From NCBI GenBank assembly GCA_018817585.1, contig JAHITE010000048.1, forward strand, positions 2,100 through 66,099: a stretch of DNA of 64,000 bases. The letters are read 5' to 3'. Below, piece after piece: positions 17,101 to 27,051 of the stretch (position 1 is its first letter; every line of letters begins with the position of its first letter). The notes beneath the pieces were generated by a model that was not told where the DNA came from, did no database searches, and saw nothing but the letters and a program-made list of their open reading frames with translations. The position numbers and the translations under genes are program-made. The stretch comes from Candidatus Omnitrophota bacterium. GTDB lineage: Bacteria; Omnitrophota; Gorgyraeia; B26-G9.

Positions 17101-18935
17101 AACTAAATTCACTTAAACCCAGAATATTTTTATCTTTTTTCAGCTTGATTATTGTTTTAGGGGTTTCGATCGCGATGCTTGGCGCTTATATCCTGAAAAA
17201 AGATATTATTGAAAAAGCGCAGCAGGAAGTTAAAAATAACTTACAGACCGCGCGCTCGGTTTATGATAATCAGATATCCGCTATGCGGCAGGCTTTTGAG
17301 CTTATTTGTGATACAGCGGATTTAAGCCAATTCCAGCAGAAAATCGGTTTGGATTATATGTATCAGGTATCGCTTGATCAAAAACAGCGGGTGATTAGCC
17401 CGATTGTTTTGCGCGCTTTTGAAGGCAAGGCGATTGGCGGAACCAGAATTATTGAAACTCAAGAATTAATCCAAATAAATCAGGAGCTAGCGGACAAGTC
17501 AAAGATAAATATTTTGCCGACGTCCAAAGCAATCGCGACAGATAGGAAAATCTTAGAGCAGGCCATGACCATTGAATATGCTCTGCCGTTGCAAGATAAA
17601 GCGGGCAAGGTAATAAAGGTTATTTATGGCGGCAAAATAATTAACCGGGATTTTGCTTTAGTGGACAATATTCGCGATTTAGTTTTTCAAAATAAAGTTT
17701 ATGAAGGTAAGTCAGTAGGAACAGTAACTATTTTTCAGGATGATGTGCGCATTGCCACTAATGTTTTAACTGATAAAAACCAAAGAGCAGTTGGTACGCG
17801 CATATCAGAGGTTGTTTATAATGAGGTTTTAAAAAAAGGCGGGACTTGGGTTGACCGGGCTTTTGTGGTTAATGCCTGGTATTTGACAGCTTATGAGCCG
17901 ATTAGGGATATTGATAATCGGATTATCGGAGTGCTGTATGTCGGAGTTCTGGAAAAGCCATTTGTTGATACTGAAAGAGCGATTGTTCTGGCATTTTTTA
18001 CTATTATCTGCGCTGCCGGAGTTTTGGCCGCGATTTTGGCCTTGATTTTAACCGCGGCAATTACCAAGCCGATGACGATGATTTTAAGAGCAACGAGTAA
18101 AATTGCCAGCGGAGATCTGCAGCATAGAGTAAAAACCAACAGTCCTTTAAAAGAATTAAGAGAATTAGCTGATGCTTTTAACATCATGTCCAGCAAGCTG
18201 GATGAACGGGAAAAAAGTTTGATTGTTTCTAATAATAAACTGGAAGTATTAAATCGCAATTATCTGGATTTGGTCGGCTTTGTTTCGCATGAACTTAAAG
18301 GCATCTTATCCTCTATTGTGTTAAATGCTTATAATTTAAGAAAAGAATTTCTTGGGCCAATGAATGAGGCGCAGAAAAAAGCCCTGGTTTCTATGTCTCG
18401 CAATCTTGATTATCTTTCAGCAACTGTGAAAAATTTTCTTAATTTAAGCAGAATTGAAAAAGATGAGATAATGCTGAAAAAGACAATGGCGAATTTAAAA
18501 GAGCAGATATTTGATGTTTCTATAGAGTCTTTTTTGCAGCTGGCTCAGGAAAAAAACATGACTATTGACGCGCAGATTAATCCGAATATTGTGATTAATA
18601 TGGATGTCGGCTTGATTCAGATTGTCGCGAATAATTTATTATCTAACGCGATTAAATACGGAGCGCAGGGCGGGATCATCAGGATCACTACTCAAGTAAA
18701 AAGCAGTATGGTGGAAGTAGAAGTTTATAATGACGGCAGGCCGATTGCCAGTATTGATACTGATAAATTGTTTAAAAAGTTTTCCCGTTTAATTTACGCG
18801 GGCATGGAAAAAGTAAAAGGCACGGGGATTGGCTTGTTTATAACCCAGAAAATAATTGAACAGCATGGCGGTGAGATTTGGGTTGAGCCAAAAAACGCGG
18901 GAAATTCGTTTAAATTCACTATAAAAACTGAATAA
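17097..18935 (+). CDS. Membrane sensor histidine kinase (Cache-HAMP-HisKA-HATPase)
   Basis: Two TM segments; Cache motifs TIFQDDVRIATNV..RAVGT, RAFVV..WYLTAYEPI; SHELKG; NLLSNAIKY; GTGIGL. ATGA overlap with rex. Confidence 0.93.
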   Translation: MKLNSLKPRIFLSFFSLIIVLGVSIAMLGAYILKKDIIEKAQQEVKNNLQTARSVYDNQISAMRQAFELICDTADLSQFQQKIGLDYMYQVSLDQKQRVISPIVLRAFEGKAIGGTRIIETQELIQINQELADKSKINILPTSKAIATDRKILEQAMTIEYALPLQDKAGKVIKVIYGGKIINRDFALVDNIRDLVFQNKVYEGKSVGTVTIFQDDVRIATNVLTDKNQRAVGTRISEVVYNEVLKKGGTWVDRAFVVNAWYLTAYEPIRDIDNRIIGVLYVGVLEKPFVDTERAIVLAFFTIICAAGVLAAILALILTAAITKPMTMILRATSKIASGDLQHRVKTNSPLKELRELADAFNIMSSKLDEREKSLIVSNNKLEVLNRNYLDLVGFVSHELKGILSSIVLNAYNLRKEFLGPMNEAQKKALVSMSRNLDYLSATVKNFLNLSRIEKDEIMLKKTMANLKEQIFDVSIESFLQLAQEKNMTIDAQINPNIVINMDVGLIQIVANNLLSNAIKYGAQGGIIRITTQVKSSMVEVEVYNDGRPIASIDTDKLFKKFSRLIYAGMEKVKGTGIGLFITQKIIEQHGGEIWVEPKNAGNSFKFTIKTE

Positions 18936-18969
18936 AAGTATATTACCGACAAGTAAGAAAGGAATAAAT

Positions 18970-19848
18970 ATGTGTGCGCGGATACTTATTATTGATGATG
19001 ATCAGGACTTTACCGAGGCAACGCAGCTTTTGCTGCAGGCAAACGGCTATCAGGTAACAACTGCGGCCAGCGGCCAGGAGGGATTTTCTAAAGTAAAACA
19101 TGATTCTCCTGACTTGATATTGCTGGATATGATGATGAGTTATAAAACTGAAGGCGCGGATATTGCCAAAGCGATTGCGGCTGATGCGGCCAGCAAGGAA
19201 ATCCCGATTGTCATGATTACCGGAGCGCATAAAGAAATGGATTTTCCTTTTGAACTGCGGCCGCAGGACAAGGCTTTGCCTGTGAGAGCTGTGCTGGAAA
19301 AACCGGTTAAGCCGGAATCATTGCTTAAAATAGTGGAAAAATGCATTAAGCTTAATTCTCAGGATCATGTTAAGACAGTCAATCAGTTAGAGCATTTGGC
19401 GGCTAAATGGAAAGGCAAAAAAGGCAATCTGGTGATGATTCTCCATGAGATCCAGAATCATTATGGTTATGTTCCGCGGAATGTTTCTTTTGAGTTATCG
19501 AGGATTTTAGAAGTTCCTATGGCCAGTATTTATGAGGTTTTAACTTTTTATAATTATTTTAAACTTGAGGCTCCGGGTAAACATACGATTTCTGTGTGTA
19601 TGGGTACTGCCTGTTATTTAAAAGGCGCGCCTCAGATATTATCAGAGTTAAAAAGAATTTTACATGTTGAAGAAGAGCAAACAACGCAAGATAAATTGTT
19701 TCACCTTCAGGTTGTGCGCTGCCTGGGCTGCTGCGGATTGGCGCCGGTAATTACGATTGGAAGTAAAGTGTATGGCAAGGTCAAGACAAAAGAAGTGATG
19801 GACATCCTTTCACTTTATGTTAAAGAAGGGAGCAAGAATAATGAATAA
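18970..19848 (+). CDS. Receiver domain fused to NuoE/HndA-type [2Fe-2S] hydrogenase subunit
   Basis: N-terminal IIDDD, LLDMMM, ITG, EKP; C-terminal LHEIQNHYGY, TFYNYF, VCMGTACYLKG, RCLGCCGLAP. Confidence 0.92.
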   Translation: MCARILIIDDDQDFTEATQLLLQANGYQVTTAASGQEGFSKVKHDSPDLILLDMMMSYKTEGADIAKAIAADAASKEIPIVMITGAHKEMDFPFELRPQDKALPVRAVLEKPVKPESLLKIVEKCIKLNSQDHVKTVNQLEHLAAKWKGKKGNLVMILHEIQNHYGYVPRNVSFELSRILEVPMASIYEVLTFYNYFKLEAPGKHTISVCMGTACYLKGAPQILSELKRILHVEEEQTTQDKLFHLQVVRCLGCCGLAPVITIGSKVYGKVKTKEVMDILSLYVKEGSKNNE

Positions 19849-20191
19849 GCTGACAAAGGATAGTTTAAATAAAATTAAACAGGAAAATTCCAAACCAAGA
19901 AAGAACTGGATTAAAGTGGGAATGAGCACTTGCGGAATTGCCGCAGGCGCGGATGTTGTCCTGGAAACACTTAAACAGGAAGTGAAAAAACGTAATTTAG
20001 ATGTTAGTGTCGGTCAATGCGGCTGCGCGGGAAAATGTTATGCTGAGCCATTGGTCGAGGTGTGTATTGATGGCGTTCCCCAGGTTATATACGGAAATAT
20101 TGATAAGAAAAGCGCGATTGAAATTATTGAAAGACATGTTACTAATAAACAATTATTAAATGATCATATTTATAACGTAAAGGGCAGGTAA
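19841..20191 (+). CDS. hndB: HndB/HydD-type thioredoxin-like ferredoxin subunit
   Basis: VGMSTCGIAAGA, CGCAGKCYAEPLVEV. Confidence 0.85.
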   Translation: MNKLTKDSLNKIKQENSKPRKNWIKVGMSTCGIAAGADVVLETLKQEVKKRNLDVSVGQCGCAGKCYAEPLVEVCIDGVPQVIYGNIDKKSAIEIIERHVTNKQLLNDHIYNVKGR

Positions 20192-20192
20192 G

Positions 20193-21941
20193 ATGAGTGG
20201 AAAAAACGATAAAAAAATAATATTGGTTTGTGATACTGATGGAAAGCAGCGTGAGGCTGATTACGCGGATACAATCATTAGTGTCTTGGCCGAGGAAAAG
20301 CTGGATGACCAGGTACAGGTTGTGCGTGTCGCTGAACTGGGTATTTACGGGCAGGGAGTTATTGCCAGGATTTTGCCGGAAAATATTACTTATAAACTCA
20401 ATGACGAAGCAATGATTAATCAGATTGTTAGTGAGGTAATTAAAAAAAATAAAACACTTAGAGACGCGGTACTGGAAGCAGATCCCAAGCAGTTAAAGAT
20501 TGTTTTGCGCAATTGCGGGATAATTGATCCGGAAAAAATCGATGATTATATTGGCCAGGATGGTTATCAGGCTTTAGCGAAAGTTATTTTCGATTCTTCT
20601 CCGCAAGATGTTATTGAACAGCTGAAAATCAGCGGTTTAAGAGGCAGAGGCGGCGGAGGTTTTCCTACGGCCACTAAATGGAACTTTGCTCGTAGTACGG
20701 AAGCTGACCAGAAATACATAATCTGCAATGCTGATGAAGGTGATCCCGGAGCGTACATGGATCGGAGTGTTTTAGAAGGTGATCCGCATTCAGTTATTGA
20801 AGGAATGATTATCGGCGGCTTTGCTATTGGAGCGGATAAAGGTTATTTTTATATTCGCGCGGAATATCCTTTGGCAATTGAAAGAGTGCAAAAAGCAATT
20901 GATCAGGCTCGGGAATATGGCCTTTTAGGTGAAAATATTCTGGGCAGTAATTTTAGTTTTGATTTGGATATCCGCTTGGGCGCGGGCGCTTTTGTTTGTG
21001 GTGAAGAAACTGCTTTGATTGCCTCAATCGAAGGTAAAAGAGGCTGTCCGACTCCCAGACCGCCATATCCTTCGATTAGTGGTTTGTGGAAAAACCCAAC
21101 AGTTATTAATAATGTGGAAACATTGGCGAATATTGCCGTGATATTGTTAAAAGGGGCAAAATGGTTTTCGGGAATTGGCAGTGCCACAGCCAAAGGAACC
21201 AAGGTTTTTGCTTTAACTGGAAAAGTGAAAAACTCAGGTTTAATTGAAGTGCCGATGGGTATTACTTTGCGCGAGATTGTTTATGAAATCGGCGGCGGAG
21301 TATTTGAGGATAAAAAAATAAAAGCAGTGCAGACTGGCGGTCCGTCCGGGGGAGTAATTCCCAAGGAATTTCTCGATACTCCGGTTGATTATGAAAATCT
21401 CCAGAAACTTGGTTCAATTATGGGTTCAGGAGGGATGATTGTTTTAGACGAGGATGATTGTATGGTGGATATTGCCAAGTTTTATCTGCGTTTCTGCGTG
21501 GATGAATCGTGCGGTAAATGTGCTCCCTGCCGGATTGGCGGTTTCCAGATGTTGAATTATCTTAAAGCTATTTCCCGCGGTAAAGCCACTCAGGATGATC
21601 TGGTTAAACTGGAAAATATCTGTAACGCGGTTAAAAAAGCTTCATTGTGCGGTTTGGGGCAAACAGCGCCTAATCCCATACTTTCCACGATAAAATATTA
21701 CCGTGAAGAATATAATCAGCATATTAATGATCGCCGCTGTGCCGCGAAAAAATGCGCTGACTTATTGCGCTTTGTGATTTCTAAAGAAAAATGTGTAAGC
21801 TGCGGGATGTGTTCCAGAGCTTGTCCGGTAAATGCTATACCCAAGAATGAAAACAAGGAATATATTATTAACCAGGAACAATGTATCAAATGCGGTAAAT
21901 GTTTTGATACATGTAAATTTGACGCGGTAATACGGGAGTAA
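20193..21941 (+). CDS. hndC: NuoF-like flavin subunit (HndC/HydB) of multimeric [FeFe]-hydrogenase
   Basis: GRGGGGFP, NADEGDPG, GAFVCGEETAL, GGPSGG, ESCGKCAPCR, two C-terminal 4Fe-4S motifs. Confidence 0.93.
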   Translation: MSGKNDKKIILVCDTDGKQREADYADTIISVLAEEKLDDQVQVVRVAELGIYGQGVIARILPENITYKLNDEAMINQIVSEVIKKNKTLRDAVLEADPKQLKIVLRNCGIIDPEKIDDYIGQDGYQALAKVIFDSSPQDVIEQLKISGLRGRGGGGFPTATKWNFARSTEADQKYIICNADEGDPGAYMDRSVLEGDPHSVIEGMIIGGFAIGADKGYFYIRAEYPLAIERVQKAIDQAREYGLLGENILGSNFSFDLDIRLGAGAFVCGEETALIASIEGKRGCPTPRPPYPSISGLWKNPTVINNVETLANIAVILLKGAKWFSGIGSATAKGTKVFALTGKVKNSGLIEVPMGITLREIVYEIGGGVFEDKKIKAVQTGGPSGGVIPKEFLDTPVDYENLQKLGSIMGSGGMIVLDEDDCMVDIAKFYLRFCVDESCGKCAPCRIGGFQMLNYLKAISRGKATQDDLVKLENICNAVKKASLCGLGQTAPNPILSTIKYYREEYNQHINDRRCAAKKCADLLRFVISKEKCVSCGMCSRACPVNAIPKNENKEYIINQEQCIKCGKCFDTCKFDAVIRE

Positions 21942-21944
21942 ATC

Positions 21945-23690
21945 ATGATTAAAGCAAAAATAAATAATATTGATGTACAGGTAAAAAAAGGCAGTACTAT
22001 TTTAGATGCCGCCAAGCTGATTAATGTGCATATCCCAACGCTTTGTAAACATCCTGATTTGCACGCGACTGCCGGCTGCGGCATATGTATTGTTAAAATC
22101 AAGGGGACAAATAAAATGATGCGTTCTTGCTGTACTCCTTTGGATGAAGGCATGGATATTATTACCCATGATCAGGAATTACAGCAAACCCGCAAAACCG
22201 TAATTGAATTGATTCTTTCTAATCATCCTAATGATTGCCTGCAATGCGGCAGAAATAATAATTGCGAGCTGCAAAAATTAGCAGGGGACTTTGGAATCAG
22301 AGAATTTCCGTTTAAACAGCATTTAAGAAATTTACCGGAAGACGGTTCTACTGGAACAATCTCCCTGGTACCGGAAAAATGCATTTTATGCGGACGCTGC
22401 GTTCAGGTTTGTCAGGATTTGCAGGATGTTTGGGCTTTATCTTTCCTTGAAAGGGGTTTGAATACGCGGATTTCCGCGGCCGGGGATATTAATTTGGCGG
22501 ACAGTCCTTGTATTAAATGCGGACAGTGTTCGGCGCATTGTCCTACCGGCGCGATTGTCGAATTTGATCAAACCCATCAGGTTTGGCAGTCTTTGTATAA
22601 TCCGGATAAATACTGTGTTGTTCAGATTGCTCCGGCTGTAAGAGTCGCGATCGGTGAAGCTTTTGGTTTTTCGGAGGGAGCGAATTTAACCGGTAAATTA
22701 TATTCCGCGCTGAGAATGCTCGGTTTTAAAGCGGTATTTGATACAACTTTTGGCGCTGATTTAACTATTGTTGAAGAGGCTTCGGAATTTGTCGAACGCT
22801 TTGTCCATAAAAAAGGGGCATTGCCTTTAATAACTTCCTGCTGCCCTTCCTGGGTAGATTATATGGAGAGATTTTATCCGGATATGATTGAGTATTTTTC
22901 TACAGCTAAATCTCCGCATGAAATGGTCGGAGTATTATCGAAAACTTATTATGCCCAGAAGAATAAAATTGATCCGGCAAAAATTCAAATGATCTCAGTT
23001 ATGCCTTGTACCGCGAAAAAATATGAAGTTAGCAGAAGCGAGCAAATGTTTGCTTCCGGGTATCAGGACATTGATATTGTATTAACTACCCGGGAGTTGG
23101 CTAGGATGATCAAACAGGCAGGAATTGACTTTGCTAATTTACCAGATGAATCAGCGGATCATATCTTGGGTGATTATACTGGAGCGGGTGTTATTTTTGG
23201 CGCGACTGGTGGTGTTATGGAGGCGGCTTTGCGAACGGCTTATCATTATGTGACCAATAAAAAGCTGGCTAAACTGGAATTTAATAATGTTCGTGGTTTA
23301 GAAGGGGTGAAAGAAACAGAAATTGATATTGAAGGGACAATTGTAAAAATCGCGGTTGCTCATGGAATCGGTAATGTAGAATATGTATTAAAGAAAGTGG
23401 AAAAAGCGATTGCCGAAAAAACCGAACTGCCTTATCATTTTATTGAAGTCATGGCTTGTCCTGGCGGATGCGTTGGCGGCGGCGGTCAGCCTTATGGCGT
23501 TACTGATAAATTACGAATTAAAAGAGCGCAGGGTTTGTATCAGGAAGATGCTGATACAAAAATACGCAGTTCGCATGAAAATCCTTTTGTTTGCAAGCTG
23601 TATGCGGAGTTCTTAGGTAAACCTTTAGGCGAAAAATCGCATAAACTATTACACACAAGATATACGCCAAAACCAATGTATAAAAAATAA
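21945..23690 (+). CDS. hndD: [FeFe]-hydrogenase catalytic subunit (HndD/HydA, group A3-type)
   Basis: H-cluster motifs TSCCPSW, MPCTAKKYE, EVMACPGGCVGGGGQP; N-terminal 2Fe-2S, HxxxCxxC and 2x4Fe-4S. Confidence 0.96.
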   Translation: MIKAKINNIDVQVKKGSTILDAAKLINVHIPTLCKHPDLHATAGCGICIVKIKGTNKMMRSCCTPLDEGMDIITHDQELQQTRKTVIELILSNHPNDCLQCGRNNNCELQKLAGDFGIREFPFKQHLRNLPEDGSTGTISLVPEKCILCGRCVQVCQDLQDVWALSFLERGLNTRISAAGDINLADSPCIKCGQCSAHCPTGAIVEFDQTHQVWQSLYNPDKYCVVQIAPAVRVAIGEAFGFSEGANLTGKLYSALRMLGFKAVFDTTFGADLTIVEEASEFVERFVHKKGALPLITSCCPSWVDYMERFYPDMIEYFSTAKSPHEMVGVLSKTYYAQKNKIDPAKIQMISVMPCTAKKYEVSRSEQMFASGYQDIDIVLTTRELARMIKQAGIDFANLPDESADHILGDYTGAGVIFGATGGVMEAALRTAYHYVTNKKLAKLEFNNVRGLEGVKETEIDIEGTIVKIAVAHGIGNVEYVLKKVEKAIAEKTELPYHFIEVMACPGGCVGGGGQPYGVTDKLRIKRAQGLYQEDADTKIRSSHENPFVCKLYAEFLGKPLGEKSHKLLHTRYTPKPMYKK

Positions 23691-23704
23691 AACAATACAG
23701 GGGC

Positions 23705-23733
23705 TTGCAATAACGCGCTAAAAAGCTTATAAT
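23705..23733 (+). promoter_or_regulatory. Sigma70-like promoter
   Basis: TTGCAA-17-TATAAT. Confidence 0.6.
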
Positions 23734-23797
23734 CAGGATTAATTACGCTACGCTAAGTAATTTTGGTTTGTGTTAATCGGTAATAAAGGAGGCGATA

Positions 23798-24184
23798 ATG
23801 GCAGGAAAGCTATTGATAATTGATGATGATGGTGATTTTAGAGATGCAGTCTCTACAATGCTTATATCAAAAGGTTTTGAAGTTTTAACCGCGCCAAATG
23901 GTAAGGAGGGTTTTGTTATTGCTCAAGCGCAAATGCCTGACTTGATCCTGCTTGATGTTATGATGACTCATAAAACAGAGGGGTTTGATACAGCCAGAAT
24001 ATTTAAGGATGACGAGAAAACAAAAAACATTCCGGTAGTTATGGTCACTGGAATTAAAAACGATATGCGTCTTGCCTATGATTTTAAACCAGATGATGAG
24101 TGGCTGCCGGTTAAAGCTGTTATTGAAAAACCAATTAACCCGGAAGCGTTATTAAAAGTAATAGCCGAAAATATCAAGAAATAA
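23798..24184 (+). CDS. Single-domain receiver, paralog of the REC fused to the NuoE-like subunit
   Basis: IIDDD, LDVMMTHKTEG, LPVKAVIEKP, versus LDMMMSYKTEG, LPVRAVLEKP at 18970. Confidence 0.92.
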   Translation: MAGKLLIIDDDGDFRDAVSTMLISKGFEVLTAPNGKEGFVIAQAQMPDLILLDVMMTHKTEGFDTARIFKDDEKTKNIPVVMVTGIKNDMRLAYDFKPDDEWLPVKAVIEKPINPEALLKVIAENIKK

Positions 24185-24206
24185 ACTGGTAATTATTTTA
24201 AACTTT

Positions 24207-24244
24207 AAGCCAGCTCTTATAAACCTAAAAAGAGTTGGCTTTTT
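24207..24244 (+). terminator. Intrinsic terminator
   Basis: AAGCCAGCTCTT...AAGAGTTGGCTT + T run. Confidence 0.75.
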
Positions 24245-24333
24245 GTTCGCAATTTTGGGAAAATACTTTTATTCTGCTTTTTGCTTTGTTATAATAATAT
24301 TTAAAGTTTAATTGTTGAACAAGGGGGAATGGG

Positions 24334-24858
24334 ATGAAGAAAAAAATTCAGTTGTTATTTTTAGTGATTAGCATAATTGCTGTTACAATGCCTATTTACG
24401 CGCAGGAAGACGCGGAGTTATTTCTTAGCGCTAAACAGTCTATTAAGGCTGGGGAAAAGGATTTTGCTTTTATCCAGTTCCATTCTTTACTGCGCTTATC
24501 AACAAACTCTCCATATTATCAGGATGCTTTGTTCGCGACCGGAGAGTATTATTTTGCTTGTGCTAATTATTATGACGCGTATACTTCTTTTTCCAAGTTT
24601 GTTGAGCTTTATCCTCAATCAGAAGCTCTGCCGTTTGCCGTGGTTTATCTCTTAAAAATGGAGCAGATGCAGTCACAAGATAGTGAATATGATTTGAAAA
24701 AAAAGGTAATTACCTTCAAGCAGCTTAGTCTTTTATTCAGTGAATATAAAGAATATCCCTATCAATCTCCCATGGGGCTCAAATATAAAGCTGTATATTT
24801 TATTGATCGATTGGAAGTTTATATAAATGAGGAATTGTTTGAAACAGTCTATTTCTAA
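24334..24858 (+). CDS. Exported TPR/BamD-like protein
   Basis: Signal peptide; SPYYQDALFATGEYYF...F..FVELYPQS. Confidence 0.65.
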   Translation: MKKKIQLLFLVISIIAVTMPIYAQEDAELFLSAKQSIKAGEKDFAFIQFHSLLRLSTNSPYYQDALFATGEYYFACANYYDAYTSFSKFVELYPQSEALPFAVVYLLKMEQMQSQDSEYDLKKKVITFKQLSLLFSEYKEYPYQSPMGLKYKAVYFIDRLEVYINEELFETVYF

Positions 24859-26905
24859 ACTAGTTTTTGTTCTGGCTTTAATTACTTTGTTAAGTTTGTT
24901 TTTTGTTTTAGTCTCTTTTGCTGTAAAAACAGCGCTTATGGAAAACAAGGCTAAGATAGAGGAGCAAATAAGCGGATATTTGGATAAGCCGGCGACAATT
25001 GGCAGCATTGATTATCTTCCGCCTTTTTTTATTGTGCTTAAAGATGTCGCGGTGCATGGTAATGGCCAAAATTCAGATAATTTCCCTCTGTCGATTAAAA
25101 GAATAACATTGGTATTTTCTTTAAAAGAAATCATTACTAAAAAACAGCTGTTTATTTCTAAAATCTATTTAATTCAGCCTAAGATTGATTTTTTTAAATA
25201 TCCGCTATTTTTAAAAGAAAGCATTGATGGTATTGTGGAAATAATTAATTTATTGGCTCAGGGCCGACCGCTGAAAATCGTTATGGAAGACTCTCAGTAT
25301 ATTTTAGAAAGAAAGGGCAGCGCTTCGCGGGCAATTATCGCCAATGCAAAACTTAAAATCGGTCCGGGATTTAAAATTGTAAGCTATGGCGATGTTAATC
25401 TGCGCATGCTCAGTCGGGCATTAGGGCAAGAAAAACAAACAGATAATGTTTTTGTTCAACCAATCAAGTATAATTTTTTCGGCAGGGTTACTCCTAAAGG
25501 GTTTTCGATTGATACTCTTAACTTTGCCAGCGGTAAATTTCAGCTTGATTTAAAGGGAAGTTTGGAAGACAGTATTTTGAATTTAAGCGGATTTTCCACA
25601 ATAGATGATTTTTATAAACAGGAGTATTCGATAAATCAGGAAAATAAACTGATAAATCATATTAGAAATCTTATAGTCTATAAACGCGTTCCCCAGAAAG
25701 TCAATGTTTCTCCGACAAGTTTAAATATACTGGATATTAATTTTATTATTCGCTTTGCTTCTAAAAAAATCAATTTAGAACAAGCGACTATGGTTATTAA
25801 TAATATTCCGCTAAAAATAAAGGCAGATATTGATTTTTTAGAAAAAACCGCGCTGAATATAAGTTTGTCGACATTTGCCCAGCAAGCGCTGGTGCTAAGA
25901 AAAAATAATCCGCGAAGTTTGGATATGGATTTTTCCTGCGCAATTGATGAGGGGAATTTAGACGGCAAGATGAATCTGGGATTTTTAAAAGGCAGTGCGA
26001 ATAATTACGCGGTTCAAGTTATTAAAGCTTTATTTAATAATGCCAGTTTTGGCTTAACTCCTGATCAGAGGATTAAGCTTTTTGTGAAGCAAATCATTTT
26101 ACAGTATAAAGCGGATAAAATTTATGATTTTTCTTTGAGCGATTTTGATTTATTGTTTAATTTAATGAATAAAGATTTAAAAGTCGCGTTATTTAACAGC
26201 GATATTTATGGCGGGAGATTAGCTGGGAACGTGGCTTTAGATATTTCAGATAAGCCGTTAAAGACAAGGTGTGTATTAAAAGTTGAAGATGTCAGCGCTA
26301 ATGAAATGGAAACAGTGCTGCTGTCTTTATTCGGCGCTTATCGTAAGCTTCAGGCTAAGTTCACAGGAAAGGTTGACGGCAAATTTGCCTGCGATCTTGT
26401 TTATAATAGTTATCCTCGCGCTCAGATGCAAGGACATTTAGAAATTAAAAATGGTTTTTTGGAAAATGTCCGGTTTTTTGTTTGGCTGTCGGAATTTTTC
26501 AATATTCCGGCTTTAACCCGAGTTGATTTTGCCAATATTTCCGCTAAGTTTAAGATAACTGATGAGCTGGCAATGCTGGAAGAGATTGATTTAGCCAGCG
26601 AAAAAATTAATTTGGCGGGAAATTTTAGTTTAAAAAACAATGAAATGCTTTCTAGTCAACTTTCAATAAGTATTGCCCGGGAGTTGTTAAGCCAGTCATC
26701 AAAGTTTCAGCTTTTACTGGCTTTAATGCGCAATGATACCACTGCGGTAAATTTCGTTTTCCAATTGTCTGGATTATATAAATCACCTAATTTCAAATGG
26801 TTAGAGTCAGATTTTAAAGATAAAATTAAGAAAATTCTCCCGGGATTTTTGGAAAGAGGCATTGAAAAAAAGATTGAAAAAGCAATTCAGTCTATAGCTG
26901 ATTAA
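24827..26905 (+). CDS. AsmA-like protein
   Basis: N-terminal TM; beta-rich; IYGGRLAGN; C-terminal F.LSG..KSP. Confidence 0.65.
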   Translation: MRNCLKQSISKLVFVLALITLLSLFFVLVSFAVKTALMENKAKIEEQISGYLDKPATIGSIDYLPPFFIVLKDVAVHGNGQNSDNFPLSIKRITLVFSLKEIITKKQLFISKIYLIQPKIDFFKYPLFLKESIDGIVEIINLLAQGRPLKIVMEDSQYILERKGSASRAIIANAKLKIGPGFKIVSYGDVNLRMLSRALGQEKQTDNVFVQPIKYNFFGRVTPKGFSIDTLNFASGKFQLDLKGSLEDSILNLSGFSTIDDFYKQEYSINQENKLINHIRNLIVYKRVPQKVNVSPTSLNILDINFIIRFASKKINLEQATMVINNIPLKIKADIDFLEKTALNISLSTFAQQALVLRKNNPRSLDMDFSCAIDEGNLDGKMNLGFLKGSANNYAVQVIKALFNNASFGLTPDQRIKLFVKQIILQYKADKIYDFSLSDFDLLFNLMNKDLKVALFNSDIYGGRLAGNVALDISDKPLKTRCVLKVEDVSANEMETVLLSLFGAYRKLQAKFTGKVDGKFACDLVYNSYPRAQMQGHLEIKNGFLENVRFFVWLSEFFNIPALTRVDFANISAKFKITDELAMLEEIDLASEKINLAGNFSLKNNEMLSSQLSISIARELLSQSSKFQLLLALMRNDTTAVNFVFQLSGLYKSPNFKWLESDFKDKIKKILPGFLERGIEKKIEKAIQSIAD

Positions 26906-27051
26906 TTAAATAAAGCAGGTTTTCTTAATAAATAGCAGTAATATCAGTAGTCCTTTGTACTTCAAGAAGCTGGATTAATTTTTTTTTTAGAGTATAATAA
27001 GAATAAGGCACTATTAATGGTTTTATAGAGAAACATAAAAAGGAGCAGAAC

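Noticed and set aside
18970-21941. NuoE/NuoF genes as respiratory complex I
   Set aside because: No membrane nuo subunits; the adjacent gene has complete H-cluster motifs.
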